A stretch of DNA of 62,028 nt. It comes from a virus. Taxonomy: Duplodnaviria; Caudoviricetes. Positions 18,915-28,649 of this stretch are shown here, piece after piece; within the stretch, counting starts at the first letter, position 1, and each line of letters starts with the position of its first letter. The notes under the pieces are model-generated. The model searched no databases and was not told the origin of the DNA. It saw only the letters and a list, made by a program, of their open reading frames with translations. The stretch spans positions 1 to 62,028 of the IMG/VR virus record IMGVR_UViG_3300036715_003821. One strand, 5' to 3'. The position numbers and the translations under genes were made by a program.

Positions 18915-19451
18915 TTAAAGAATGATTTTTTTATTGTTAATTGTTAAATATTTACAATCACTTGGGTGAATGATAAAAGATCTAAATTTTGAAATGGGAA
19001 GGGTTTTTCGAATTTCATTTTTTACAAGTGTAAAAGATGAGTGATTTATTTGCTTGTAATTACCCTTAATAATAACTTTTTTACTTACTAAAGTGCCATA
19101 TATATGAAGGTTATTATTTGATTTGCAGATTCTCAAGCCGTTAATAATATTATTATCAACAATAACAGGCGAGTAATACTTATCAAGCTTGTCAACATTA
19201 GGGTTATTTAAAGACTCATGTAATGAATTTAAAATTTCCATTTTAGCAAAATATTGAACTGACTTGGCAGCAAAATTAACTTCTTGCAAAAGAGCAATTG
19301 ATTTTTTAATCATTGAAGAATATTTAATATTCAAAATGAAATTGTAATCAGAAACTTCATCATTTTTGTTTTTGTATTCTTTTAAGAATGCAAAAGTTGA
19401 AGATTTTGGCTTATCTACAAGTTGTGAAATAATTTTTGCACGAGTTTGCAT
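18915..19451 (-). CDS. hypothetical phage protein, probably leaderless mRNA
   Basis: 178-aa ORF; ATG lies 6 nt after the -10 box. Confidence 0.7.
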   Translation of the reverse strand: MQTRAKIISQLVDKPKSSTFAFLKEYKNKNDEVSDYNFILNIKYSSMIKKSIALLQEVNFAAKSVQYFAKMEILNSLHESLNNPNVDKLDKYYSPVIVDNNIINGLRICKSNNNLHIYGTLVSKKVIIKGNYKQINHSSFTLVKNEIRKTLPISKFRSFIIHPSDCKYLTINNKKIIL

Positions 19452-19457
19452 GGTGTT

Positions 19458-19486
19458 ATCTTAACCATGCTCTTCGTCACTGTCAA
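19458..19486 (-). promoter_or_regulatory. sigma70-type promoter
   Basis: TTGACA-17 nt-TAAGAT. Confidence 0.8.
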
Positions 19487-19487
19487 G

Positions 19488-19649
19488 TCAGCTGGGAAGA
19501 AGTTTGCAACGCCCATTGCATGGACATTCTAACTCTAATTCGCCTTCCATTAAATCTTTTATATCATCCTTGTTATCCAAAGATATAGAAAGAATCATAT
19601 TGCATGAGACACACATCATTAAGAAGTAAAATTTCTCAGGAATCAACAT
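19488..19649 (-). CDS. small Cys-rich (Zn-ribbon-like) protein, 53 aa
   Basis: Manual translation: MLIPEKFYFLMMCVSC...LECPCNGRCKLLPS. Confidence 0.5.
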   Translation of the reverse strand: MLIPEKFYFLMMCVSCNMILSISLDNKDDIKDLMEGELELECPCNGRCKLLPS

Positions 19650-19700
19650 AAACTAATAGCAATAAATTAGCACTTAAAGAGATATATATTATCGGAGAAC

Positions 19701-22490
19701 ATGAAAATGTCAATTAAAAAAACAAGTGATGCCTACAGATTTTCAGAATTCCTATTAAAACTTGCGCAAACAAGCGGTTATGAAGAAGAGGATGATGAGA
19801 TTTTATCAGAAATAACAAGTTATATCTTACGCCTTGGTGAAAGCTTGGGAGGACAAGAAGATAAAGATATCGCAAGCATTTCTATTGGTCTTCAAATTAT
19901 AGCCGATGCTTATGAAAATGTTAAAAGAAATAATCTTCTTTTAGGTTCCTCATTCTTAAAAACATTTGCTGAAAATATCCTTGAATCCAAAGAAAAATTT
20001 GGAGACAATGAAGATATGATGGAAGCATTAGATGATATTTCTTATCTTGTTTTTGACAAAGAAATTAATGATGAATCTGATTTATCCGATTTAAACCAAA
20101 TTACATCTACCGATTCTTTGGTTGGAAAACAAGTTGCCAAACTTAAATCCATCTTAAAGAATGATGAAGCTTTGCAAAAAGCACTTACCCTATCCGCTGA
20201 AAGCTCTGCATTATCTTTGCAACTCGCTTCTGAAAAGAAACGTGGCAAGACTATGGAAGAACTTGTTCAAGAAGCTCAAAACAAAGAAGCGGGCATGGTT
20301 GCTGGCGTACAATCAGAAATGGATGAATTAACAAATCCAAGTCTTTCTGATGTTTCTTCTGTTGCAAATGATGAGGGTAAAGTTAACACAATAAGTATGG
20401 GTACCGCACAATCGTATAGCGGTAAGTTCACTGCTCGCGCTAAAAAAGAATTAGATACATTACGTAAAAGAATTCAACTTATCTCAGAACGCGGAAATGC
20501 AGTTAATAATGATCGTTTGCAAATAAAATTGCAAAATTTCATGGATTTAAAACAATCTGCTGATCAATTGGATGTTAAACTTCAAGAGTTAGCTAGTTTA
20601 GACTTAGCAGATACTGGAGATGCCAAGGAAAACCAAAGAAAGAAAAAAGATTTGGTTGAAAGAATCAGAGATATTAAACATGGCATGAGTCGCTTGTATA
20701 GTGTCAATAGATACTACAGAGATCAAAATGTTGATCAAAGCCTTTTAGGCATTCGCTTAACAGATGATCCATCTAGAAACAAAGAAACATTATCAGCAAT
20801 TATTGATAATATGGTTCAAGATATTGATAATGATCCTTCTTTTGTTGGTAAGTTGTCTGATGAAGATATTGTTGATCCACGATCAATGCCATCCTGGGAA
20901 AAAGAAGTTTCACCACCAAAAGAATTTTACTTAAAATGGCTTCGAGTCATGAAAGATAAACTTTTGGAAAATAAACCAGAAAATACCAAAATTGTTTATA
21001 ATATTTATCAAAAGATAAAAATGATTCTAAATGATAAAGGTATTGAAGTTTCAGTCGACCGTGGTGTTAAAAACTATTACATCAATGGAAACCCAACTGT
21101 ATTCTCATCCTTGGCTAAATTATCTCTTACTATGAATGATTACTTTGCAGGTAATGGACACTTTTATCTTCATGCAGTTGCTTATGCATTGTTTTCTTAT
21201 AAACAATCAAAGTCTGCAAATCCAAAGATTATCGCAGAATTAGAACGTAGATCAAAAGAAGTGAAAACACAAATTTCTGGAAAAATGAAAGATCGTGTTT
21301 TATTCTTACTTGAACGCAAAAAGTATCTTATTGAGATTATCAATGAAATGGCTGATAAAATCGAAAAAGGTCAACTTACAAGCTCACAACAATTTGATCA
21401 AATCAAGAAAAAAGAAACCAATTCAAGAGATGCGTTAAGCATTATCATTAATGAAATTGGTAGAATTAGCGCTGCTTTAAATTTCTTCCAACATGCTGTT
21501 AAACAAAATAAAGCTGTTTATGATATTTATAAAGAAATTGAAAAATCTTTTGAACAAGCTGGTGTGTCTACTAAATTCTTAACTTCTTCTTACGAAGAAA
21601 TGATGCCAGACTTAAAGTTATTTAATACTGATAAAGTAAAGATTGCTGAAATTGCAAAAAATCTAAACGACTACAATAAACAATTAGCTGAAGTTAGAAA
21701 TAAAATTGATAAAAAAGCTTCTGAAATGAAAGCTTTTAATAAATACATCTTGGGTGTAAATGAGCAGTCTTATATTTCTCCAGAACTTTTGGAACGTGTT
21801 GTTGAAGATGAGCAAGCTGGTGAAGAAGAATTCCAAAGATCATTGCAAAAAGCTTTGGATATGTTTGGTAAGAATGAAGCAGATCGTTTGCGTCAAAATA
21901 AAAATCCAAATGCTTTACTTACAGATAAAGTACAAACGGAAAGTACAACAAGTGTTGTTAAATATATTTTGGAAAATGCTGAAGTAGAAGAATCATTACG
22001 TACTGTAAGACACAATTTGGTTGACTTGCAATCTTCTATTAAAGCCATCCAAGAAAAAACAAACATCATTAAACAAAGAATTGAATCTGGTAAAATGGGC
22101 GCCTTCCAATATGAAGGTGAACTTGGTAAATCTATTCGAGAAAAAATCAACCTCAATAGAGGCAATGATGAAAATCAATTAAAACACCTTGAAGCTATGA
22201 ATAAAGAAAATAAAGAACTTTATAGATCTTGGACAGATGCAATGCGTAGTTTCGATAAAATTACAAAACGTATCGCAGCTTCAGTGCCAGGTAAAGATAT
22301 CAACACACAATCAATTGATAATTTAATTGGAAACTTTAATAGTTCCATCATCTTACTTCGTGGATATATAAACCAATTAGATACAATTATTCGTAAATAC
22401 AAAAAAGATTCTGCAAACTTTGAATCTAAAAACAAAGATGGAAAAAATGTATTTACATTCAACCCAGAATTACAAAAGATGGAGCGCTAA
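19701..22490 (+). CDS. large coiled-coil protein, possible virion/internal head protein
   Basis: 929 aa, helical and charged; N-terminal LLKLAQ; GGAG RBS. Confidence 0.75.
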   Translation: MKMSIKKTSDAYRFSEFLLKLAQTSGYEEEDDEILSEITSYILRLGESLGGQEDKDIASISIGLQIIADAYENVKRNNLLLGSSFLKTFAENILESKEKFGDNEDMMEALDDISYLVFDKEINDESDLSDLNQITSTDSLVGKQVAKLKSILKNDEALQKALTLSAESSALSLQLASEKKRGKTMEELVQEAQNKEAGMVAGVQSEMDELTNPSLSDVSSVANDEGKVNTISMGTAQSYSGKFTARAKKELDTLRKRIQLISERGNAVNNDRLQIKLQNFMDLKQSADQLDVKLQELASLDLADTGDAKENQRKKKDLVERIRDIKHGMSRLYSVNRYYRDQNVDQSLLGIRLTDDPSRNKETLSAIIDNMVQDIDNDPSFVGKLSDEDIVDPRSMPSWEKEVSPPKEFYLKWLRVMKDKLLENKPENTKIVYNIYQKIKMILNDKGIEVSVDRGVKNYYINGNPTVFSSLAKLSLTMNDYFAGNGHFYLHAVAYALFSYKQSKSANPKIIAELERRSKEVKTQISGKMKDRVLFLLERKKYLIEIINEMADKIEKGQLTSSQQFDQIKKKETNSRDALSIIINEIGRISAALNFFQHAVKQNKAVYDIYKEIEKSFEQAGVSTKFLTSSYEEMMPDLKLFNTDKVKIAEIAKNLNDYNKQLAEVRNKIDKKASEMKAFNKYILGVNEQSYISPELLERVVEDEQAGEEEFQRSLQKALDMFGKNEADRLRQNKNPNALLTDKVQTESTTSVVKYILENAEVEESLRTVRHNLVDLQSSIKAIQEKTNIIKQRIESGKMGAFQYEGELGKSIREKINLNRGNDENQLKHLEAMNKENKELYRSWTDAMRSFDKITKRIAASVPGKDINTQSIDNLIGNFNSSIILLRGYINQLDTIIRKYKKDSANFESKNKDGKNVFTFNPELQKMER

Positions 22491-22496
22491 TATTTT

Positions 22497-22946
22497 ATGA
22501 AAAAAAACGCATTACAAGGTACCACACCAGATATTAGTGGCTTTCTTGGAGAAGAACCAGCTGTTGAAGTTGGTTCCTCCGAATTAAGCGCTTTAGCTAG
22601 TGAGCTTGACGCACAACAAAAAATCATGATGGAAATTGCATTCGCATTGCGTTCCATGGCTGAAGCTCAAGAGGAATTCTTATCCCTCACTGCTTCTATC
22701 AAAAATAAGCAACCAGAATCTGATGTAGAAGAACAAACACTCGCAAGTGACATGGGTATTACCAGTCTTGATTTGCAAGAAGCTCAAGCTATATTATCTT
22801 CTTTATTAGAAGGATCTCCAGAGCAGATTTCACAATTGCTAGGCGCAGTAGCTTCATTAAATGAAGAACTTGCAAACATGAGTGATCATGAAGAAAACCT
22901 AGAAATGGCAAAAGCTGCCGGAGCAGCTTTGGCAAAGAAATACTAA
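22497..22946 (+). CDS. acidic helical hypothetical protein
   Basis: 149-aa ORF co-oriented with the previous gene. Confidence 0.7.
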   Translation: MKKNALQGTTPDISGFLGEEPAVEVGSSELSALASELDAQQKIMMEIAFALRSMAEAQEEFLSLTASIKNKQPESDVEEQTLASDMGITSLDLQEAQAILSSLLEGSPEQISQLLGAVASLNEELANMSDHEENLEMAKAAGAALAKKY

Positions 22947-23794
22947 GGAATATCTTTAAAGGTATCTACAAATCGACTCCATGACTTATCATTTGTTATG
23001 GAGTCGAATTTCATTTCATTGAATCTTTGTTTTAATGCATCAAAATCCTTTTGACCATCAAAGAACTCCAACTCATCTTCATTGATTTGCGGTATCTTAA
23101 TAAGACTTAAATTCCTGTTGAATTTTTCCTTATTCTTATCATCATTTATAAATGCCTCAAAAGCTTTTGGATCAGAGATGATTTTCAAAGCTTTTGCTTT
23201 TGATAAAAGTCCCTCAATATTATCCGTTTTATCTCCAACCAAAGCTTTATGTGCAACATAATGATATTCTGGAGCAACCATGTATTCTTTTTTAATTGGG
23301 TTGTAAATCTTACACTTTAAACCTTCTTGCAAAAGCTGCGTGAAGTCTGAGTCATTACTGATAATCGTTACATCATCATTTGGTAGGTCACGACAAATAT
23401 AAGCAATAACATCATCACACTCATAGTTTTTTGCTTTGTATTGTCTAACAGGTAATAACTTCAATAAATCAATAACAATTCTTTTTTGTCTATGAAAATT
23501 TTCATTATCAATTCTTTTCTTTTCATCACCTGTTTTGATAATTCGATTTGCTTTGTATTCTGGGTATAGGTCATACCTAAATTGTGGATGACCTTCCAAT
23601 ACAAAACAAATAAGATTCGGATCAAATTGCTCAACAATAGCTCTAAAACTTCTAAAGAAGTTATAAACCATTGTGAAATCTTCTGTTTGCTCTTCTTTCG
23701 CTTCTTCTTCTACTTCTTTTTTCTTAAAATCAAAAGAAATATTTGCTCTGCGCATTTGATTGTGCGCATCAATGATAAGAACTTTATCTTTCAT
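22943..23794 (-). CDS. 5'-3' exonuclease / flap endonuclease (T4 RNase H, PolI N-terminal type)
   Basis: IIDAHN, RYDLYPEYKANR, ECDDVI, SNDSDF, GDKTDNI. Confidence 0.92.
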   Translation of the reverse strand: MKDKVLIIDAHNQMRRANISFDFKKKEVEEEAKEEQTEDFTMVYNFFRSFRAIVEQFDPNLICFVLEGHPQFRYDLYPEYKANRIIKTGDEKKRIDNENFHRQKRIVIDLLKLLPVRQYKAKNYECDDVIAYICRDLPNDDVTIISNDSDFTQLLQEGLKCKIYNPIKKEYMVAPEYHYVAHKALVGDKTDNIEGLLSKAKALKIISDPKAFEAFINDDKNKEKFNRNLSLIKIPQINEDELEFFDGQKDFDALKQRFNEMKFDSITNDKSWSRFVDTFKDIP

Positions 23795-24360
23795 AGGTCC
23801 ACTTTAAATGTCTTATAGATTGTATATGTTAAGTCTTCAAACGCTGGGCTATCACTTTTGGTTGAAAAGGAAAGTACATACAAGTAACCCTTATCTGCAC
23901 CAACGTATTGCATGATTCTACGATCATCTTTTCTTGAAGATAAACGCTTAGTGTCATTTCCATCAATTTGCGCAAGCAACATATCTGTTGCGCCCAAATC
24001 ACGAACATCTTGAATGCCCTCATCAATAACATCATCAACAGTACGGTTATTTTGCTTTTCCATAACAACAGAAAACAAAACATCACTATCCAAAATATGA
24101 ATAACATAAAAATTAGATAGCTTGTCTGTATCCACAGGAAGTTTTACCTCCCAGGGACCTTCTTCCACAGTAACCCACGGAGTGAGCTTTAAATCGGTTG
24201 TAGTGAGTTTTGGCGCAGGTGGCTGGGTAGGTGGGCTAGCATCCGTTTGAACCGCCACAGAGGGTTGCGGAGGCAGCGGAGGGGCTGGTTGGGAAGTGCC
24301 TTGACACCCACTGTTGCATCCCAAAAGAAACAAAGAAACAAACAAAGCCTTGTAATTCAT
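23791..24360 (-). CDS. lipoprotein with Pro-rich linker (possibly PsbP-like fold)
   Basis: LFLLGC lipobox, PAPPLPPQP linker. Confidence 0.6.
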   Translation of the reverse strand: MNYKALFVSLFLLGCNSGCQGTSQPAPPLPPQPSVAVQTDASPPTQPPAPKLTTTDLKLTPWVTVEEGPWEVKLPVDTDKLSNFYVIHILDSDVLFSVVMEKQNNRTVDDVIDEGIQDVRDLGATDMLLAQIDGNDTKRLSSRKDDRRIMQYVGADKGYLYVLSFSTKSDSPAFEDLTYTIYKTFKVDL

Positions 24361-24456
24361 ATAACCTCTAAAGTGTGATTTCAAAATTCTTAATAGCTTA
24401 AAAAATAGCTAGATTTTTTTTTTGTTTAAATTAAATAAATATCAATTGATTTATTA

Positions 24457-25303
24457 TTATTTTCGACTCGTTAATACATCTGGGATGTAATGTACAAAAT
24501 CAGAATGCTTACGCTTGTCTTTAAAAGAACTATCCACCATGGAAGGGTCTGTATTCGACAAATGCGTCATTGGAGTGTAAGCCCCCATGTAAGACCCGCA
24601 AGCCCATCGCATCTTCTCCCGATAAAGAAGCATCATTAAATGGATGATGGTGAGAATCAAAACAAATAGGTATATTTGTACTTTTGTAAATTTCAAATAA
24701 ATCTTTTACGTTATAACTTAACTCATCATTTTCAAGAGTTAATCGTTTACGAATATTATCTGGTAATTCATTAATAGAAGAACATAATATTTTTTTGTCA
24801 CGCACACCCCCGTGAATATTGATGGAGTAATAAGGACTTTCATCAAGACCCATTTTATCAAAAATCCAAGCATGATGTTTTAGTTGCTTAATAGAATTTT
24901 TAATTACATTTGGATTTAATGAAGATAATACAACAAATTGACTTGGGTACGTTGTAACTCTCATTTGATGAATTTTGAATTTATCACCAATTTTTTTAAT
25001 TGTTTTGAAATTTACTCATCTTCAAGAAGGTCTTTTTCAAAATCGCAAAGTGGAAATAAATTAGATGAAACACGCATTGAACGTATTCCATCTTTAATAA
25101 TTACATCTTTAATAATTACATCTAAACATTTTTCAAAAGATAAAATATCATGTAACCATGTAGATAGTATTTTATCTTTTGAGTATTTACCTAAAATTAT
25201 ATTTCCCAAACTGTAAAGATTTTTCATCCATAGCATAGATGTATTCAATACTACCCTCTCGTTTTTTCTTAGGGACCATGTACTGACAACACAAACCAAT
25301 CAT
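24457..25303 (-). pseudogene. uvsE: UV-damage endonuclease UvsE/UvdE, multiply disrupted
   Basis: MIGLCCQY start; RVSSNLFP; TYPSQF; INIHGG; LTLENDE; FDSHHH; HSDF, spread over different frames; 15-bp tandem duplication (VIIKD x2). Confidence 0.85.
24574..24601 (-). promoter_or_regulatory. sigma70-type promoter inside the uvsE pseudogene
   Basis: TTGCGG-gtcttacatgggggct-TACACT. Confidence 0.55.
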
Positions 25304-25322
25304 AATAAAATTCTTTCAAAAG

Positions 25323-25347
25323 AAAAACCCCTGATAAACAGGGGGTT
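25323..25347 (-). terminator. intrinsic terminator
   Basis: aaaaaCCCCTG ataaa CAGGGGgtt. Confidence 0.75.
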
Positions 25348-25370
25348 GTGTTAACACTAGATTCTTGATT

Positions 25371-25733
25371 TCAATCAATGTCATCATCATCTGATAGCAA
25401 GTTGCTATCTAGCTTTGCTTTAATCATAGCATTGACTTGCTCCATTACTTCAGGTGATACCGTTTTTTTATTGCTTTTCTTAACAGAAGTACGCAGACGA
25501 ATACCTCCATTTGCGCCTGGCGTAATGGTCCATACATCATCATGTTTGAAATAAAGACGAACCGTTGGGTCAATAAGACGCATATTGGACTTATCAAGAT
25601 TAAGACTGGCTCCAATAATTTGCAGCATTTCCTCAACCTTCATTGTTTTGTCACGATTTGGATCTGGCAAATTACCTTCGATAATATCAAATACCTTGGA
25701 TAAAGAGTCTATTACTTTTTGTTTGGTTGACAT
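25371..25733 (-). CDS. hypothetical protein, possible winged helix
   Basis: ITPGANGGI wing-like motif. Confidence 0.6.
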   Translation of the reverse strand: MSTKQKVIDSLSKVFDIIEGNLPDPNRDKTMKVEEMLQIIGASLNLDKSNMRLIDPTVRLYFKHDDVWTITPGANGGIRLRTSVKKSNKKTVSPEVMEQVNAMIKAKLDSNLLSDDDDID

Positions 25734-25735
25734 AT

Positions 25736-26071
25736 TCAGTTCTTTTCTTTTTTTGTTTTTGTGGAGAGTAATTCTTCAGTGGGTAAAAGCGATTCTTGTG
25801 TGGGACCTGTGAAAAAAGTCATTTTTATTTTATCCAACATATCTAATTCATTTGTACAACCAGTGTTAAGTGTGTTTTTTATATTTGTTTGCAATTCTTG
25901 CAATAAAATATTCGCCTCCCAATTCATGGATTGAAGCAAACCGAGGAGCATAGATGATTTATTGATATATTCAATATTACCATCTTGCTTTGGAAGGGCT
26001 TCCAACTCTTCAGATAGTTTCTTAACTTGTTCAAGTAGATTGGTTACCATTTTTAGATCAATGTTTGACAT
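25736..26071 (-). CDS. hypothetical protein
   Basis: 111-aa ORF. Confidence 0.65.
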   Translation of the reverse strand: MSNIDLKMVTNLLEQVKKLSEELEALPKQDGNIEYINKSSMLLGLLQSMNWEANILLQELQTNIKNTLNTGCTNELDMLDKIKMTFFTGPTQESLLPTEELLSTKTKKEKN

Positions 26072-26074
26072 ATT

Positions 26075-26644
26075 TCATTCCTTTATTTTCACCCTGTCAA
26101 TATCAATTAATTTGTAATTTGCGCCAAACCGCATAATATTATTTGCGGATAAATCCACGTGTTGGATTGGGCATTTTTTTAATGATTCAATGAAGTCGTA
26201 TACCTTTTTGGTATTAAATTTCAGATAACTAAATTCTTTTACAATTTCTTTATAATTTTCTGGAAAATTATCCCCTCGTAGTAATGCATGAAATAACTTA
26301 CGTTCATCAGAATTTAACTCTTGACCCTTATTCATGGTGTAACAAAAAATGTAATACTTTTGTTTTACTTTTTCGCCATCAAAAATAAAGTCCCTAAAGC
26401 CAGACTCCAACTCTTTGAAAGAGTTGATTTTCACAAATCCATTTGGATTATTTTCCATAATGTATTGAATGGACTTTTTTACTGTATCATATCTTTTATC
26501 AATATTTGAATCATAATCATAGAAAAAAGATATTTTTACAACCTTACCGAATTCATCCAAGTAAGCATCACCATCTAAACCATAGCCTAATCTTTTTATA
26601 AGGTTAAATGGTTCTTTATACTTTTGAAAAGTTTCAGTTCGCAT
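26075..26644 (-). CDS. protein kinase-like protein
   Basis: LGYGLDGDAY, VVK, HVDLSANNIM, KLIDID. Confidence 0.75.
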   Translation of the reverse strand: MRTETFQKYKEPFNLIKRLGYGLDGDAYLDEFGKVVKISFFYDYDSNIDKRYDTVKKSIQYIMENNPNGFVKINSFKELESGFRDFIFDGEKVKQKYYIFCYTMNKGQELNSDERKLFHALLRGDNFPENYKEIVKEFSYLKFNTKKVYDFIESLKKCPIQHVDLSANNIMRFGANYKLIDIDRVKIKE

Positions 26645-26831
26645 CGCTTACCCAAGATGTGTCAATTTTGTGCATCATGTATGTATCAAATTCAAAATCT
26701 GATACGCCATATTTGTCAAGTGTTTTAAAGTACTTCTCTATGTAAAAAAAACAATCTTCCTGGCAAGCGTGGAATGCAATTAAATACTGAAGTTTGTAAA
26801 GATCTTTTGAAATAATATCAAAGACATTCAT
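26634..26831 (-). CDS. hypothetical protein
   Basis: 65-aa ORF. Confidence 0.55.
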   Translation of the reverse strand: MNVFDIISKDLYKLQYLIAFHACQEDCFFYIEKYFKTLDKYGVSDFEFDTYMMHKIDTSWVSDAN

Positions 26832-26833
26832 AA

Positions 26834-27217
26834 TTATCTCAGGTTGTAAACTCGGTCAACATCATTTTCAACAGACCAAACACCATATTGCTCAGCATTG
26901 ACTGTATAATAAACCTTATGTACCTTTTTTGTTACAATGAACTTAGAGCAATTATGACATGGACGTGCCATTCCATAACTACCATCAGCTTTTACTCGGG
27001 CAACAAAAATTGTGGAACCAACATCACACTTTTTAAGAAGTCGATATTCAGAATGAATCAATCTGTTTGGTGAAATGGAGGGCGAATTTACAGCAAAAAC
27101 ATGCGCTCCATCATTACGAATACCAACAGAACCAAGAAAAAATGTACGATTATCATGTTTACACGTAGCTTTTTGAGCAGCTATTTTAAAGAAACTTCGA
27201 ATCTTAGCGATGTTCAT
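26834..27217 (-). CDS. cytidine/dCMP deaminase-fold protein
   Basis: HSE..ARPCHNC (HxE/PCxxC). Confidence 0.8.
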   Translation of the reverse strand: MNIAKIRSFFKIAAQKATCKHDNRTFFLGSVGIRNDGAHVFAVNSPSISPNRLIHSEYRLLKKCDVGSTIFVARVKADGSYGMARPCHNCSKFIVTKKVHKVYYTVNAEQYGVWSVENDVDRVYNLR

Positions 27218-27503
27218 TTTGAATACCGATATTCAGGTTATTGTCCTGGGGACGACCCTTTTCAATATATGTGCTTGGATCACACATTACGGGAACTTCA
27301 AGAAGAGTAGGTTGATCATTGATAACAACAACTCTGAAAACCTTTTGCGAGTCACAGGATGTACCTGGCTCAGAGCTAGTGGTAGTATAACCACCCTTTT
27401 CTTGGCTGTCAACGGTGGGAACGGTTTTTTCCTCTGGTGCGACGATTTGTTCTGCGCAACCAGATAACATCATTAAACATGCAAAGATAAAAAAGGTTTT
27501 CAT
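27204..27503 (-). CDS. lipoprotein
   Basis: MLSGC lipobox. Confidence 0.65.
   Translation of the reverse strand: MKTFFIFACLMMLSGCAEQIVAPEEKTVPTVDSQEKGGYTTTSSEPGTSCDSQKVFRVVVINDQPTLLEVPVMCDPSTYIEKGRPQDNNLNIGIQNEHR
27384..27412 (-). promoter_or_regulatory. intragenic sigma70-type promoter
   Basis: TTGACA-17 nt-TATACT. Confidence 0.7.
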
Positions 27504-27514
27504 AAATACTCCTA

Positions 27515-27766
27515 TTACTTGTTCGAAATTCCAGCTTCAGATCCACGACTCTTGATAACCTTATTAGGATAGTTATTCAAGATAATTTTAACAATATGAT
27601 ACACTTTATCGGAAGTCATTCCTAAATGATCTGCAACATGCTTTACTAAAGCTTGTTGCGTGATTCTTTCATCATCTTTTAAAGCCTCTAAACGGGCTGA
27701 TGTAATCGTAATAACGGTTTTAAAAAACTGCATACAAACTTCAACGTGATTTTCTAGTTCAGTCAT
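27515..27766 (-). CDS. small winged-helix-like protein
   Basis: ITQQALVKHVADHLGM..KSRGSEAGI. Confidence 0.55.
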   Translation of the reverse strand: MTELENHVEVCMQFFKTVITITSARLEALKDDERITQQALVKHVADHLGMTSDKVYHIVKIILNNYPNKVIKSRGSEAGISNK

Positions 27767-27783
27767 AAAGCACCTCTACCCAC

Positions 27784-27812
27784 AACGTAAGACGCCCAAT
27801 GCGGAAACGCAA
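27784..27812 (-). promoter_or_regulatory. sigma70-type promoter
   Basis: TTGCGT-ttccgcattgggcgtct-TACGTT. Confidence 0.7.
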
Positions 27813-27825
27813 GGGGCGCGGTGCA

Positions 27826-28446
27826 CTATGTTTTGTTTTTGTAAAATTTTTCGTATATCTCACGCGACAATCCGAAATCAATCATTACCAATCTTCCGTT
27901 CTTATTTCCGTAAGAAGATATTTTACCTAAATCACCAGGTACTAAATTTAATTTATTTGCAAATTTCACAAAAGCTTCAAAAAATGGTTCATTTTTTATT
28001 TTTGAAAAAATATTTTTATCAGGATCTTTTACTTCTTTTTTTGTTAAATTCTTTAAAGCATATTTTAAACAAATCGCAAAATCTTTAAAAGCATACCCAG
28101 TTATTTTCTTGAATTCTTGCTCTGTAATTTTATCCGCATAACCCGCTCTTAAAAAAGAATGATCATCCGAAAAATAAAGAACCCTATTCATAAATTGATT
28201 GATTTCTTTTTGACTTGCTTCTATTTTATTCTGAGCAATACCTTTATTATTTTTAGCTACCTTTATAACTGTATTATCAAATAACTTATAAACAAGCCTT
28301 GAAGAGCCTTTTCCTATTCTTTCTAATTTGTATTCACATAATTCTATTTTATCTTTAAAGGATTTGCATTGTTTTAATTCGTCTAAAAATTCTTTTGTTT
28401 TTTTTAGCTTTTCATCTAGGTTTTCTGATAGTTTAATGATATTCAT
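27826..28446 (-). CDS. protein kinase-like protein
   Basis: IGKGSSRLVY, VIKVAK, QNKIE, GDL, MIDFG. Confidence 0.75.
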   Translation of the reverse strand: MNIIKLSENLDEKLKKTKEFLDELKQCKSFKDKIELCEYKLERIGKGSSRLVYKLFDNTVIKVAKNNKGIAQNKIEASQKEINQFMNRVLYFSDDHSFLRAGYADKITEQEFKKITGYAFKDFAICLKYALKNLTKKEVKDPDKNIFSKIKNEPFFEAFVKFANKLNLVPGDLGKISSYGNKNGRLVMIDFGLSREIYEKFYKNKT

Positions 28447-28456
28447 AAGTTTATGA

Positions 28457-28636
28457 TTATTTATTAGATTCTTCCAATGAAATTAATGCAACATAATAAG
28501 AATCTTCATCCCATCCATTTAAATCTAAATAACTTTCAAAAACATCTTTCTCCATATCCGAATTGTGTGATAGCTTTTTTATAAGTTGATAGTGGTATTC
28601 TACCAAATGAATGCTAGGCTTTTTTAAGAAAAACAT
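28457..28636 (-). CDS. hypothetical protein, 59 aa
   Basis: Manual translation MFFLKKPSIHL...YLDLNGWDEDSY; loosely similar to 26634..26831. Confidence 0.45.
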   Translation of the reverse strand: MFFLKKPSIHLVEYHYQLIKKLSHNSDMEKDVFESYLDLNGWDEDSYYVALISLEESNK

Positions 28637-28649
28637 TTTGTTCCTACCG

